Sequence record: PQ036202
DNA from: Escherichia phage GEP101
DNA: 64,000 bases
Direction: 5' to 3' (one strand)
The position numbers were made by a program, and so were the translations under genes. The notes beneath the pieces are model-generated. The model saw only the letters and a list, made by a program, of their open reading frames with translations. It was not told the DNA's origin and searched no databases. Shown here one piece after another: positions 29,498-39,326 of this stretch. The first letter of the stretch is position 1, and every line of letters starts with the position of its first letter.

Positions 29498-31279
29498 ATG
29501 ACTAAATCACTTTATGCAGTGCCAGCAGGTTTAAACGCAGATGCTTACAAGGCATCACATATATATCAGTATCCAGATGCCACACAGTACCTTATGCTGA
29601 ACCTGACACCACGTAGTGATAAATGGTTTAACAGTCCTTTAGCCATTGACGGTGTAGTTGCTTTTGGTATTCAACGTTTTGTTAAAGATTATTTAATAGA
29701 CCACTGGAATGCCACCTTCTTTGAACGTGACAAAAAAGAAGCAATTGACGAAATCTTAGAAGTCATGAACGGTGTTCTGGGTAAAGATGCTATTGGTCGA
29801 GAACACTGGGAAGCACTACATGACTTAGGTTATCTACCAGTTGAAGTGTACGCTGTAGAAGAAGGCACAGTTGTACCTATGCGTGTACCAATGATTGTCT
29901 TCCAGAACACTGTTTCAGGTTTCCATTGGGTAGCTGGGTATCTGGAAGATGCTTTCTCTGCTGAGATTTGGAAGGCTTGTACCATTGCAACTATTGCATT
30001 GCACTACAAACGTATCTGTAAGAAGTGGTCTGACCTTACTTGTGACAATGACTTGCATTTGCCTTATCAGTGCCATGACTTTGCTATGCGTGGTATGTCT
30101 GGCTTTACTGATGACGCATTTAACGCTGTAGGCCACTTAACCAGCTTTAAAGGAACTGATAGCTTCCCTGCTGTATATACAGCTAAACGAATCTATGGAC
30201 AGTCCTACCCAATCTCTGATATTGGCAGCTCTGTACCAGCCACTGAACACTCTGTAATGTGTGCAAACATTGCTTGGGAAGGTGGTAATGAGTTGATTGA
30301 AGAAGAAAGACGCTTTAAAGGTGAGTTACAAACCTTCCGTCGTTTCTTAACAGAAACTTACCCAACTGGTATTGCAAGTGTTGTTTCAGACACTTATAAT
30401 TTCTGGAGAACTGTATCAGAAATCTTACCAGCACTTCGTAAAGAGATTATGGAACGTGATGGTAAACTGGTAATTCGTCCTGACTCTGGAGACCCTGTAC
30501 ATATTGTCACAGGTTATAAAGCAATCCACTTAGAGTGTGCTAAAAAGGCTTATTACGAACACCTAAGCAAGCTGGAAGCCAGCGACACAAAGTTGAATGC
30601 TGTTCTGAACATGAATCTTGAAGACATTCACTATATTATGGCTGGGTGGTTACGTACAGAAGGCTATGAAATGGTGGTTGACAGAGAAGACTTTGAAGTA
30701 GCTGATACAGTGCTTCTGAAAGATGCCTACATCAATGGCTCTGCAAACGTTGTAACACGTCCTGTAGCAGAGATTGATGGGGCTATTAAGACCCTGTATA
30801 ACATCTTTGGAGGGACTATCAACTCTAAAGGCTTTAAGGTACTGGATGAGCACATTGGCCTTATCTATGGTGACTCTATCACGTTGGAACGTGCAAACGA
30901 AATCCTGAAGCGTTTGTATGAAATGGGTTTTGCAAGCTCTAACGTAGTGTTTGGTGTAGGTTCTTACACTTACCAGTACATGACTCGTGACACCTTTGCA
31001 TTTGCTGTCAAAGCAACTCTTGCAAGCATTGGTGGTAAAGAGATTATGCTTGCAAAAGACCCTAAAACAGATAGCGGTGTTAAGAAGTCTGCTTTTGGTG
31101 GTGTAGCACCTATGTGGGATGGTGATAAGCTGAAAGCTGTAGATGGCTATGGATTCCAGAGCTTTGCAGATGTGCTTGAACATCCAGCTTGTGCTTTACG
31201 TTTAATCTTTAGTGACTCTGAGCAGTTCGGTTACACAACTCTTGGTGATATTCGAAATAATATTGACAAGCAGCTTTAA
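29498..31279 (+). CDS. nadV: nicotinamide phosphoribosyltransferase family protein (NadV/NAMPT-like)
   Basis: NAMPT-like motifs DAYKASHIYQYP, HDFAMRG, SFKGTDS, VPATEHSVM, VVSDTYN, IRPDSGDP; 593 aa. Confidence 0.8.
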   Translation: MTKSLYAVPAGLNADAYKASHIYQYPDATQYLMLNLTPRSDKWFNSPLAIDGVVAFGIQRFVKDYLIDHWNATFFERDKKEAIDEILEVMNGVLGKDAIGREHWEALHDLGYLPVEVYAVEEGTVVPMRVPMIVFQNTVSGFHWVAGYLEDAFSAEIWKACTIATIALHYKRICKKWSDLTCDNDLHLPYQCHDFAMRGMSGFTDDAFNAVGHLTSFKGTDSFPAVYTAKRIYGQSYPISDIGSSVPATEHSVMCANIAWEGGNELIEEERRFKGELQTFRRFLTETYPTGIASVVSDTYNFWRTVSEILPALRKEIMERDGKLVIRPDSGDPVHIVTGYKAIHLECAKKAYYEHLSKLEASDTKLNAVLNMNLEDIHYIMAGWLRTEGYEMVVDREDFEVADTVLLKDAYINGSANVVTRPVAEIDGAIKTLYNIFGGTINSKGFKVLDEHIGLIYGDSITLERANEILKRLYEMGFASSNVVFGVGSYTYQYMTRDTFAFAVKATLASIGGKEIMLAKDPKTDSGVKKSAFGGVAPMWDGDKLKAVDGYGFQSFADVLEHPACALRLIFSDSEQFGYTTLGDIRNNIDKQL

Positions 31280-31294
31280 AAGTATATGATAAGA

Positions 31295-31316
31295 GGCTCC
31301 TACGGGAGCCTTTTTA
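31295..31316 (+). terminator. rho-independent terminator
   Basis: GGCTCC-TACG-GGAGCC then TTTTT. Confidence 0.65.
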
Positions 31317-31332
31317 ATTTCTGGAGAGGATT

Positions 31333-31668
31333 ATGAAAATCAAAGAGATGAATATCAATATTGTCTTAGAAGAACGTTGGGAGAACATCAAGAAGCCTGA
31401 AAATGGTCATAAGTTCCTCAACAAAATCTTAGTAGCAGCTAAAGAAGAACTGACTGGCAAGGTTGCAGCAGCAATCACAATAAAGGTGTGTGTAAAGGGT
31501 CTTCCAGACAATCACCAATTTGCACTTGACGAGTTTAAAGAAAGCTTCTACAATCCAAACAAACAGATGTTTGAAAGTAACTTTGCAGTATCTACAAGTA
31601 TCGTCCATGACAGAAGCTTTATCCTTTACAAGAATATGAGAGGTGAGTCATGCAAGCATATTGGATAG
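31333..31668 (+). CDS. hypothetical protein
   Basis: 111-aa ORF. Confidence 0.4.
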   Translation: MKIKEMNINIVLEERWENIKKPENGHKFLNKILVAAKEELTGKVAAAITIKVCVKGLPDNHQFALDEFKESFYNPNKQMFESNFAVSTSIVHDRSFILYKNMRGESCKHIG

Positions 31669-31826
31669 AAATTTTACTGTCACTTGGTAGTGTAGCAGTC
31701 TTTGTTTACCTTCTTTGCAAGTACTACGCAGAGCACAAAAAATGTGACTTCTGTAATGGAGAGGGCTATACAAGAGCAGGTTGCTGCCCTATGTGTGGTG
31801 GTTCTGGTAAAATGTTTAATAAGTAA
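31650..31826 (+). CDS. small membrane protein with CxxC...CxxC zinc-ribbon tail (58 aa)
   Basis: ATG 31650 with AGAGGTGAG RBS; TM helix then CDFCNGEGY...CCPMCGGSG; below track cutoff. Confidence 0.3.
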   Translation: MQAYWIEILLSLGSVAVFVYLLCKYYAEHKKCDFCNGEGYTRAGCCPMCGGSGKMFNK

Positions 31827-31854
31827 TTCAACAGTAAACTAAGAGGAAAGTATT

Positions 31855-34221
31855 ATGCGCATGGTAAACGACCACGCAGAAGTGATTAAGAGTTCAACTT
31901 CTTTAGAGACGTCGCAAGCACAGATTACAATGACACCTGAAATGTTCAGCCTTCTGAGTTCTGGTGTATATACATTTAAAGAGCGAGCAGTAATTCGAGA
32001 ACTGTCATGTAACGCAGTAGATGCTCAGAAAGAAGCTGGAAAAGAGAACATCCCGTTCCATGTGCATTTACCTACTCGTTTTGAACCTTACTTTGAAGTC
32101 CGTGATTTTGGAACTGGATTGACTCATGATAAAGTTATGAGTTTGTATCTAAACTACGGGGCTTCTACAAAGAATGACTCTAATGACTACATTGGTGCAA
32201 TGGGTATCGGTTCAAAATCTCCATTTGCAATTGCTCAGTCATTCACAGTATCTAGCTATGTTGATGGTATTGTTAATAAGTACTCTGTTTACCTTGAGAA
32301 TGGTATCCCTCAAGTAACTAAGCTGACCACCAACCCAACAAAAGAACCTAACGGTTTAGCTGTACGTGTAGCAGTTGCTGACCATCGTATCTCAAAGTTC
32401 TTTGAAGAAGCTGGTCACGTATACTCATACTTTGCTGTAAAACCAGAAAGTAATATCGAGTATGACGATGTATTAGCAGATATGAATGTCATTGCCCGTG
32501 AAGAAGGTATTTATGATGCCATGATTCATAAGCAAAGCTGGCGCTCTAGCAGTAACAGGACAGGGTTTAATGTGGTGATGGGTAACATTGCCTATCCAGT
32601 TAACATGGAAGCATTACTTGGTGATGATTTCTTCAAAATCTTGCCAGAATTTTTCCGTAGGAGTGTAGACCTTGTAAACATCTACATGCCTATTGGTTCA
32701 GTTGCTATAGCAGCTTCTCGTGAAGCTTTGCAGATGAATGATACGACAAAAAATGCTATCATTGAAGCTACTAAAAAGATAACTGAAGCAATCACAAAGG
32801 ATGTTATCAAGAAAGTTAATAACCAACCTACACTCATGGATGCTGCACAGGCTTATGCTGAGTTACGTTTAAACTCACGAGAGATGTTTAATGCTGTGTG
32901 TCCAAAGCTAGAGTGGGGAGGCGTGAAGCTTGATTCTTTGGAAGAAGAATTGCTAAACATTCGTCGTGGAATTATCTACGCAGAAGACGGCTCAGTCATT
33001 TACGAACGTGACGGTAAAGGCAATATTAAGGTTGATAGGAACGGGAACAATATCCCTAGAGTGGATTACCTTTATGACCCAGTTGCTTATGTCAAGTTCA
33101 ACTCTTTAGAGAGTAAGATTCGTGCAACATCACTTTCCTACACTCAAGAGGCAAGTATGTTCAATATCTTTGGCGCAATGCGTAAAAGCCAAATTGAACA
33201 GTTTTTGTTTGTCATAAATGACCGTCGCAATAAAAACGGTACTGAGAAGACTGTAGGACGCAATCAAATCTTGCGTGGTGCATGTCGAGACTATGCCAGT
33301 GAGTCGGATATGTTTCACAGATACAATGGTATTGTCTTTGTATTCTCTACTGAGGAAGAGCTAGATGATTTAATCAATCTGCACAAACTTGATAAAAGCT
33401 TGTTAAAGATTGTGAAGATGTCTGATAAGGAACATCATTATCAGCGTAAAGAAGCTGTAAGAGGTGTTGTAAAACTTTGGAAAGCTGTTCCAGCAGAAGG
33501 TGTAGCTTCATACACAGAGGTGTCAGAAGACTTAGACACGATTGAAGAGCCTCAGCTTTATATTAAGGCAGTTGGTGACACAGTTGATGGCGAATGTTTT
33601 TGCTCATCTCCAGAAGATGTAGCTAAGTCAGTTGCTAATGTTACAGGTAAGACAGTCTATGTTTTCCGAAAAGCAAATTGGAAAAAGATACCAGAAGACT
33701 GGATTGAAGTAGATGAGAAGCTCTTGAACGACAGCTTAACTGATGTTCACTGGATTAATCATAACAGGTATATGACACGTATCTATATCAATGGTGTCCT
33801 AGACCTTACAAGCAGTTGGATTATTGCCAGAAACTTTACTTTCAATAACAGGAAGATTTCTCGTGGTTATTGCTATTCACGAGACACAAACAAAACTATC
33901 TTCTTAGAAGGTAATGAAGATGCTGTTGAGGCAATGTTCGGTAAAATCCAATACGTTGCTGCACCATTTGCATACACTTACACTATTAGTGTGTTGCAAG
34001 ATTTGAAAAGGTGTCTTGACAACGATACAAAGCTGTACAAGAAAATCAAGAAGGCTGGTGACCGTATGGTTATTAAGGTGACAAACTATCTTTTAAAAAG
34101 AAAACAAGAAAACTTCTTGCTTTCTCATTTAGATTGGAATAAAGTGTCACCCATCGAAGTGAGTAAGTTCTTAGGCTTTGATGTGAAGTGTGTTCCAGAA
34201 GGGACTACAATTTACGATTAA
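31855..34221 (+). CDS. rIIA: rIIA-like protein (GHKL-ATPase-like N-terminus)
   Basis: 788 aa; N-terminal ELSCNAVDA and DFGTG resemble GHKL ATPase motifs; followed by rIIB-like gene. Confidence 0.5.
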   Translation: MRMVNDHAEVIKSSTSLETSQAQITMTPEMFSLLSSGVYTFKERAVIRELSCNAVDAQKEAGKENIPFHVHLPTRFEPYFEVRDFGTGLTHDKVMSLYLNYGASTKNDSNDYIGAMGIGSKSPFAIAQSFTVSSYVDGIVNKYSVYLENGIPQVTKLTTNPTKEPNGLAVRVAVADHRISKFFEEAGHVYSYFAVKPESNIEYDDVLADMNVIAREEGIYDAMIHKQSWRSSSNRTGFNVVMGNIAYPVNMEALLGDDFFKILPEFFRRSVDLVNIYMPIGSVAIAASREALQMNDTTKNAIIEATKKITEAITKDVIKKVNNQPTLMDAAQAYAELRLNSREMFNAVCPKLEWGGVKLDSLEEELLNIRRGIIYAEDGSVIYERDGKGNIKVDRNGNNIPRVDYLYDPVAYVKFNSLESKIRATSLSYTQEASMFNIFGAMRKSQIEQFLFVINDRRNKNGTEKTVGRNQILRGACRDYASESDMFHRYNGIVFVFSTEEELDDLINLHKLDKSLLKIVKMSDKEHHYQRKEAVRGVVKLWKAVPAEGVASYTEVSEDLDTIEEPQLYIKAVGDTVDGECFCSSPEDVAKSVANVTGKTVYVFRKANWKKIPEDWIEVDEKLLNDSLTDVHWINHNRYMTRIYINGVLDLTSSWIIARNFTFNNRKISRGYCYSRDTNKTIFLEGNEDAVEAMFGKIQYVAAPFAYTYTISVLQDLKRCLDNDTKLYKKIKKAGDRMVIKVTNYLLKRKQENFLLSHLDWNKVSPIEVSKFLGFDVKCVPEGTTIYD

Positions 34222-34302
34222 AGTGTTTGACAAGGGGCTTCAAAGCCCCTTAGAATAACCTCACAAAATGATTTATTAACTAACAAGAGAGAGAGTAATA
34301 AG

Positions 34303-35409
34303 ATGACTACTAAAACTAAAGCACAGATTGACGCAGAAATTTACAAACTGGTTAAAGAAGGTAAGCTGACTAAAACAGCTATTGCACAGAAGTTCAATAC
34401 TTCAACCCGTTCAGTTGGTCGTGCTGTAGAGCGTCATGAAGCAACCTTAAAAGGTAAGAAAAAGGTAGTTTCTAAACCAGCTACAAAGACTTTGAAACAA
34501 GTTGCCAAGACCTTTAAAAAGAAAGCTGACAAACCAGTTGAAAAGGTTGTTAAAGACACTGTACAGAAAGCTCCAGTAAATAAACTGCATGAAGCTATGC
34601 AGAAAGATGACAAGATTGAGTACATGATTACTGGTGACTCTGTAATTATGACTTATGGTTCAGAATCTGAAATTGTTGAGTCCACTCATCCGAACTATCA
34701 AGAGATTGTAGTTCATGTTGTGAAAGGTGAGTTCAAGAAAGCCTTTGAACTGATGAACATTCGTAAGTCTATCGAAAACTTCACTCAGGGTGCTATCACA
34801 ATCAAAGGTGATAAGCTATTCTACGGTGCTGTTGAGATGCGTTCTACTCTGGTTGACCGTATCCTTCACATGATGAAGACTGGTGATAAAGGTTTTGAAC
34901 GACTTGTAATGTTCTTCGAAAAACTGATGGAAAACCCATCTAAAGGCTCTGTAGAACAACTGTGGGGATTCATATCTCACCTTGATGTTGAAATTGATGA
35001 AGAAGGTTACATTATCGGTTGGAAAAAGGTACAAAGTAAAGCTGACGGTTCTCTGGTAGACAGCCACACCCATAAAGTACCTAATGACTTGGGTAACCTA
35101 GTTGAGATGCCTCGTTGGATGGTTGATAATGACCCTAACCGCACTTGCTCTCAGGGTTTACATGTTGGTGCATGGGGATATGTATCATGTTTTGGAGGTG
35201 ATACCATTCTGAAAGTTCGTGTCCATCCACGAGATGTTGTATCTGTTCCGACTGATTACAATGATATGAAGATGCGTGTATCAGCTTATGAGTCTTTTGC
35301 GATTGTTGACAGCAACCGTAAAGTTATCAAGGCTCACTCCGGCTCTGGTGGGTATCGTGTAGTGATTGGTTCTCACGGTGAGTTAATCTCCAAGACAGTA
35401 CGCGTTTAA
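34303..35409 (+). CDS. rIIB: rIIB-like protein (tentative)
   Basis: Position after rIIA-like gene; 368 aa; N-terminal HTH-like, Lys-rich linker. Confidence 0.35.
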   Translation: MTTKTKAQIDAEIYKLVKEGKLTKTAIAQKFNTSTRSVGRAVERHEATLKGKKKVVSKPATKTLKQVAKTFKKKADKPVEKVVKDTVQKAPVNKLHEAMQKDDKIEYMITGDSVIMTYGSESEIVESTHPNYQEIVVHVVKGEFKKAFELMNIRKSIENFTQGAITIKGDKLFYGAVEMRSTLVDRILHMMKTGDKGFERLVMFFEKLMENPSKGSVEQLWGFISHLDVEIDEEGYIIGWKKVQSKADGSLVDSHTHKVPNDLGNLVEMPRWMVDNDPNRTCSQGLHVGAWGYVSCFGGDTILKVRVHPRDVVSVPTDYNDMKMRVSAYESFAIVDSNRKVIKAHSGSGGYRVVIGSHGELISKTVRV

Positions 35410-35420
35410 TAGTTTACAAT

Positions 35421-35443
35421 AGGCTACTTCGGTAGCCTTTTTT
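35421..35443 (+). terminator. rho-independent terminator (UUCG-loop type)
   Basis: AGGCTAC-TTCG-GTAGCCT then TTTTTT. Confidence 0.65.
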
Positions 35444-35458
35444 GATATGGGAGGATGA

Positions 35459-36358
35459 ATGGCTAAAGCAGAACTTGATAAATACTACACACCAGATGAA
35501 GTAATAAGAGTGTGTGAATATAAGCTACAAAAGGTCTTTAAAGGCTCTATTTCGTGCATTATAGACCCCTGTGCAGGTGACGGAAGATGGAAAGATTCTT
35601 TTAAGAGGGTTTGTCAAGATGTTGTGCTATACGACATCGAACCAGACTCTGAGGATGTTAGTACAAGAGACTTCCTGAAAGATGACTTAGAGATTCCAGA
35701 TAAACCTTTTGCGATTGTTACCAACCCTCCATTTGGTAAGGCAAATAGTCTGTCTACAAAGTTCTTTAACAAGGCTGCTACAATGAATCCAGACTACATT
35801 TGCTTCTTAGTTCCTATTAACTTTGGGAAGAAGAATCTTAGCAGACTTAGCAGAGAGTACACCTGCATTGACGAAGTAGAACTACCTAACCTTCATTTTG
35901 AAAGGATTGATGGAGTTACCTACTCAGCAAAAGAGTCGTCACTACGCTGTAACTTCCAAATCTGGAAGAGACAAAAGCGGACAGATGAAACTTGTAAGAT
36001 TGTTCCTGTGATAGTTGATGGTGTAAGAGTCTATAAGCGTGAGAAATTCACACTATACAGGCCACCATGTCACAAGATTGATGGTAAAGAACAGCCAGTA
36101 GGTGTTTTAGGCAAACTGGATGGAAAAGATTTGTTCACGATTATTACACATGGTCGTAAGGCTGGTACTGTGAAGGTCTTTGAACCAGATAAAGATAAGG
36201 TGTCTGTGAAACAATTTATCGAGCCTCACATAGAAGGGCTTTACTCAGCAATCAAACAGGATTGGTTCGAAGATTTAAGAGATGGTTTTGCGCTGAGTTA
36301 TGCAGGTTCGATAAATTCACAGGAAATCATAGAAACCATAGAAAAACATTTGCATTAA
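35459..36358 (+). CDS. DNA N6-adenine methyltransferase (gamma-class-like)
   Basis: SAM motif IIDPCAGDG followed by catalytic VTNPPFG. Confidence 0.6.
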   Translation: MAKAELDKYYTPDEVIRVCEYKLQKVFKGSISCIIDPCAGDGRWKDSFKRVCQDVVLYDIEPDSEDVSTRDFLKDDLEIPDKPFAIVTNPPFGKANSLSTKFFNKAATMNPDYICFLVPINFGKKNLSRLSREYTCIDEVELPNLHFERIDGVTYSAKESSLRCNFQIWKRQKRTDETCKIVPVIVDGVRVYKREKFTLYRPPCHKIDGKEQPVGVLGKLDGKDLFTIITHGRKAGTVKVFEPDKDKVSVKQFIEPHIEGLYSAIKQDWFEDLRDGFALSYAGSINSQEIIETIEKHLH

Positions 36359-36413
36359 TAAAAGAATGTGTGTAGTATACCTGTAAACAAACCAAGTAGA
36401 TGAGAGAGTAATC

Positions 36414-37253
36414 ATGAAATTCAAAGAGTTCCAGAGCAAAACACCTTGTAAGATTGATTTCGTTTGTGGTGTAGCCTCATTCTTCATGGGGTACATGGAC
36501 TGGGCTAACTGTGCAAAACCTTACTCAGCAAACCGTAGCATCGAGCGACGTATTACAAAACCATATCTTAATGAAGACCTTCGTGAGGTGGATTTACGTT
36601 CCCGTGTTACGGGTGTACTGTTCAATGGAGAAGTTATCAACATTGATTCTCATGCTCGTGTAGAGAACTGGAAGAATGGTAAATTAGGTGCTCCCAAGAA
36701 CGGCCTTGTCTATGTGACCCTGTTTGCTGTTAATTCACAGGAAGAAGTAGATTTCCTCTACGACCAAGAAAACTCACTGGACTCACGAGCTACGAATGGT
36801 GACCAAATTACAACTGCAATACTACGCTCTGGTTATAAGCCACAGACAGCGTTCACCAAGAAATTTACTGGTGCTGGTGTGTGGGCCTTATTAGGTCTCC
36901 GTGGATGCCTTGATGAAGCATTTGTACTCTATCAAGAAGAGCTTAAACTTATTGATGCACTTGGCATTGATAAGGATGAGATGGATAAGTACAAAGAGAA
37001 GACTGTAAATGGTGTTAAGCAGAAGTGTGAACTGCGTAAAAAGTACTCTGCTCCAATTATGGCAGCAATGCTTAAGAGCTTCAAAGAAAACCCTGAAAAG
37101 GCTACAAAGTTCTGGTTGGACTACCGTGATGATGATGAGTCTGTAAGCAGCTTCTTAGATGCCATGAAGACCCAGTATGACCAGAATGGTGGTGTGTTTC
37201 AAGGTTATGTAATGTCACAAGCTGACGTTGCATTTAGAGCTTATAAGGACTGA
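36414..37253 (+). CDS. hypothetical protein
   Basis: 279-aa ORF. Confidence 0.45.
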   Translation: MKFKEFQSKTPCKIDFVCGVASFFMGYMDWANCAKPYSANRSIERRITKPYLNEDLREVDLRSRVTGVLFNGEVINIDSHARVENWKNGKLGAPKNGLVYVTLFAVNSQEEVDFLYDQENSLDSRATNGDQITTAILRSGYKPQTAFTKKFTGAGVWALLGLRGCLDEAFVLYQEELKLIDALGIDKDEMDKYKEKTVNGVKQKCELRKKYSAPIMAAMLKSFKENPEKATKFWLDYRDDDESVSSFLDAMKTQYDQNGGVFQGYVMSQADVAFRAYKD

Positions 37254-37488
37254 TATGCAAGTTAAAAAGATGATGGTAAGAGTTGCTCTCAAGTATCTGG
37301 GGGCAGCTACACAATACGAAGTAGCAGAGTACCTCTCTGCAAAGTTTGGTAAAAAATATCTCCCATCGGATTTTACACAGACTTTTATAGACTTAGAGAA
37401 GACGAAGACTATCACTAAGTTACCTGTTAAGCGTCGTAACTTTCGTAATGGGAAACCTACAGGTTTTGGGAACCTCTACGTAATGTAA
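37228..37488 (+). CDS. hypothetical protein
   Basis: 86-aa ORF, terminator downstream. Confidence 0.35.
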   Translation: MHLELIRTDMQVKKMMVRVALKYLGAATQYEVAEYLSAKFGKKYLPSDFTQTFIDLEKTKTITKLPVKRRNFRNGKPTGFGNLYVM

Positions 37489-37494
37489 CTAAAA

Positions 37495-37518
37495 GGCTGC
37501 TTCGGCGGCCTTTTTTAT
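37495..37518 (+). terminator. rho-independent terminator (UUCG-loop type)
   Basis: GGCTGC-TTCG-GCGGCC then TTTTTT. Confidence 0.65.
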
Positions 37519-37546
37519 TTGTATTTTGTGCAGAGTGCTGTATAAT
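37519..37546 (+). promoter_or_regulatory. sigma70-like promoter
   Basis: TTGTAT - 16 bp - TATAAT upstream of transglycosylase gene. Confidence 0.45.
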
Positions 37547-37577
37547 TGTTGTCACGATAAACTAAACAGGAGAACCA

Positions 37578-38126
37578 ATGAAGAAGTTGATTCTAGGTTT
37601 GTGCTTAATGTTTACAGCACACTTATCTTATGCAGTTGACTGCCCAGAGCTATCAATTAGCCAAAAAGTAAATATGTTAAAAGCTTACCAGTATGGTGAG
37701 AATAATATGGGTAAAGGGTGGGGCATCACTCTAGCTGCTATAGCCTTACAAGAGTCAGAGTTAGGTCTGAATATGGAGAATAAAAAGACCCATGACTATG
37801 GTATCTTCCAGAATCACTTGAAGACTGTTGTAAAGCGTAACAAAATCAGTCCTAATGTGGCTAAAAAGAAACTCTTAAAAGATTTTGACTATGCTGCAAA
37901 GGAAACACACAAAGAGCTTGAGTTTTGGACGAAGGTACATGGTCAACCAAAGTCAAAGAAGACTTTACAAAAAGTTTTAGCGTCATATAATGCTGGGTAT
38001 TCGTACAAAATCCCTAAAGCTAAGAAATATTCTCAGGATGTCTATAACAATATGAAAGTTATCGCTCAATGTGAATTTGCAACAAACATTTCTAAGGTAA
38101 ATCATGAAAAAATTAAGAAAGTTTGA
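37578..38126 (+). CDS. secreted lytic transglycosylase (SLT-domain)
   Basis: Signal peptide, catalytic-region pattern ALQESELG ... DYGIFQ ... YNAGY. Confidence 0.55.
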   Translation: MKKLILGLCLMFTAHLSYAVDCPELSISQKVNMLKAYQYGENNMGKGWGITLAAIALQESELGLNMENKKTHDYGIFQNHLKTVVKRNKISPNVAKKKLLKDFDYAAKETHKELEFWTKVHGQPKSKKTLQKVLASYNAGYSYKIPKAKKYSQDVYNNMKVIAQCEFATNISKVNHEKIKKV

Positions 38127-38799
38127 TGAAGTACTGTGTCATGCTTATGACTTGCATCCTCATGAGTTAGGTCTTGATTCCTGTGTATGGACGTCAGAAC
38201 AGTGCAGGGATTTTGAAGACACTGCAAGAGAAGTTGTATGTTCACTTGAAGAGTTCCACACATCAGAACCAATCGTGAACGTTGTGGACAAAGAGACTGG
38301 ACAAACTGTAGGAGTGAGACGTGACAGTCTAGTCATAGTCAATAAAGACCTTGTAGAAAAAGGTAACCTCATCTTAGCAGATATTGATGGCGTTCTTACA
38401 AATTTTAATCACGAAGATTACTCCACAGAGTTGACTGACGGGTCATTTTCACAGTACACTAATCTTCTTGACTCTGTAAGAGCAAAACCAACATACATTT
38501 TCAATATCATTGATGCAATTGCTAATCATGCTACTATCGGACTCTTGACAGCAAGAGGTGAAACTCAGAGAATACCTACTGAGATGTTCTTGAGGCACAA
38601 TATAGAGCATGATTACATGCTTTTTATGCGTGGTTTTGGAACTAACTCTCTAAGTGCAGAAAGTTTAAAAGTGAGGATGATTCAGTCTTGCATTCTGCCT
38701 TACTTTAATATAGTATGTTTTATAGAAGATACAGAGAAGAATGTTCAGAAGGTAAACAGAATCCTTCCACACATTAAAACCATGTTAGTTAAACATTGA
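38104..38799 (+). CDS. HAD-like hydrolase (putative nucleotidase/phosphatase)
   Basis: HAD motif I ADIDGVLT, downstream LLTARG and EDTEKN; true start may be an internal Met. Confidence 0.4.
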   Translation: MKKLRKFDEVLCHAYDLHPHELGLDSCVWTSEQCRDFEDTAREVVCSLEEFHTSEPIVNVVDKETGQTVGVRRDSLVIVNKDLVEKGNLILADIDGVLTNFNHEDYSTELTDGSFSQYTNLLDSVRAKPTYIFNIIDAIANHATIGLLTARGETQRIPTEMFLRHNIEHDYMLFMRGFGTNSLSAESLKVRMIQSCILPYFNIVCFIEDTEKNVQKVNRILPHIKTMLVKH

Positions 38800-38809
38800 G
38801 AGAAAACTT

Positions 38810-39274
38810 ATGAACAATATCATTACGGTAGCACTGGACGTTACGGAAAACAAATCTGAAGTAGTTCGTAACATTATCAAGAGCAACTTTGAGGGTAAAA
38901 TCTTCCGTGCTGTCAATGTAAAAGCAGACGGGAACATCCGGGAATATCGTGCTCTTCTGAATGTTAAGAAACATGTCAAAGGTGCTGGTTCAACGACTGC
39001 ACACAAAGAAAACCTGATGACTATCTATGATATGGGTATGGCTTCAGAGTTAGGTGCTGAAGGTATTGTTAAAGAAGGTGCTCCGTATCGCTCTTTCAAT
39101 CTGGAAACTGCTCTTATGCTTTCCTTTACAAGTGGTTCTAAAACAACTACTTATCTCTTTACTGATGCTGCAACGGTATCTGCTATTAAGGATAGCACTG
39201 TCAAAGCTGGGGTAGCTGCTGCTGCAAAAGCTTCTTCGATGGCTGCAAATGTCCTTGCTAAAGTCCTCAGTTAA
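38810..39274 (+). CDS. hypothetical protein
   Basis: 154-aa ORF, Ala-rich C-terminus. Confidence 0.45.
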   Translation: MNNIITVALDVTENKSEVVRNIIKSNFEGKIFRAVNVKADGNIREYRALLNVKKHVKGAGSTTAHKENLMTIYDMGMASELGAEGIVKEGAPYRSFNLETALMLSFTSGSKTTTYLFTDAATVSAIKDSTVKAGVAAAAKASSMAANVLAKVLS

Positions 39275-39285
39275 GGTTAAGATAC

Positions 39286-39308
39286 AGGCTCCTTCGGGAG
39301 CCTTTTTC
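39286..39308 (+). terminator. rho-independent terminator (UUCG-loop type)
   Basis: AGGCTCC-TTCG-GGAGCCT then TTTTT. Confidence 0.65.
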
Positions 39309-39326
39309 ATTTCAGGAGGTTGTTAA

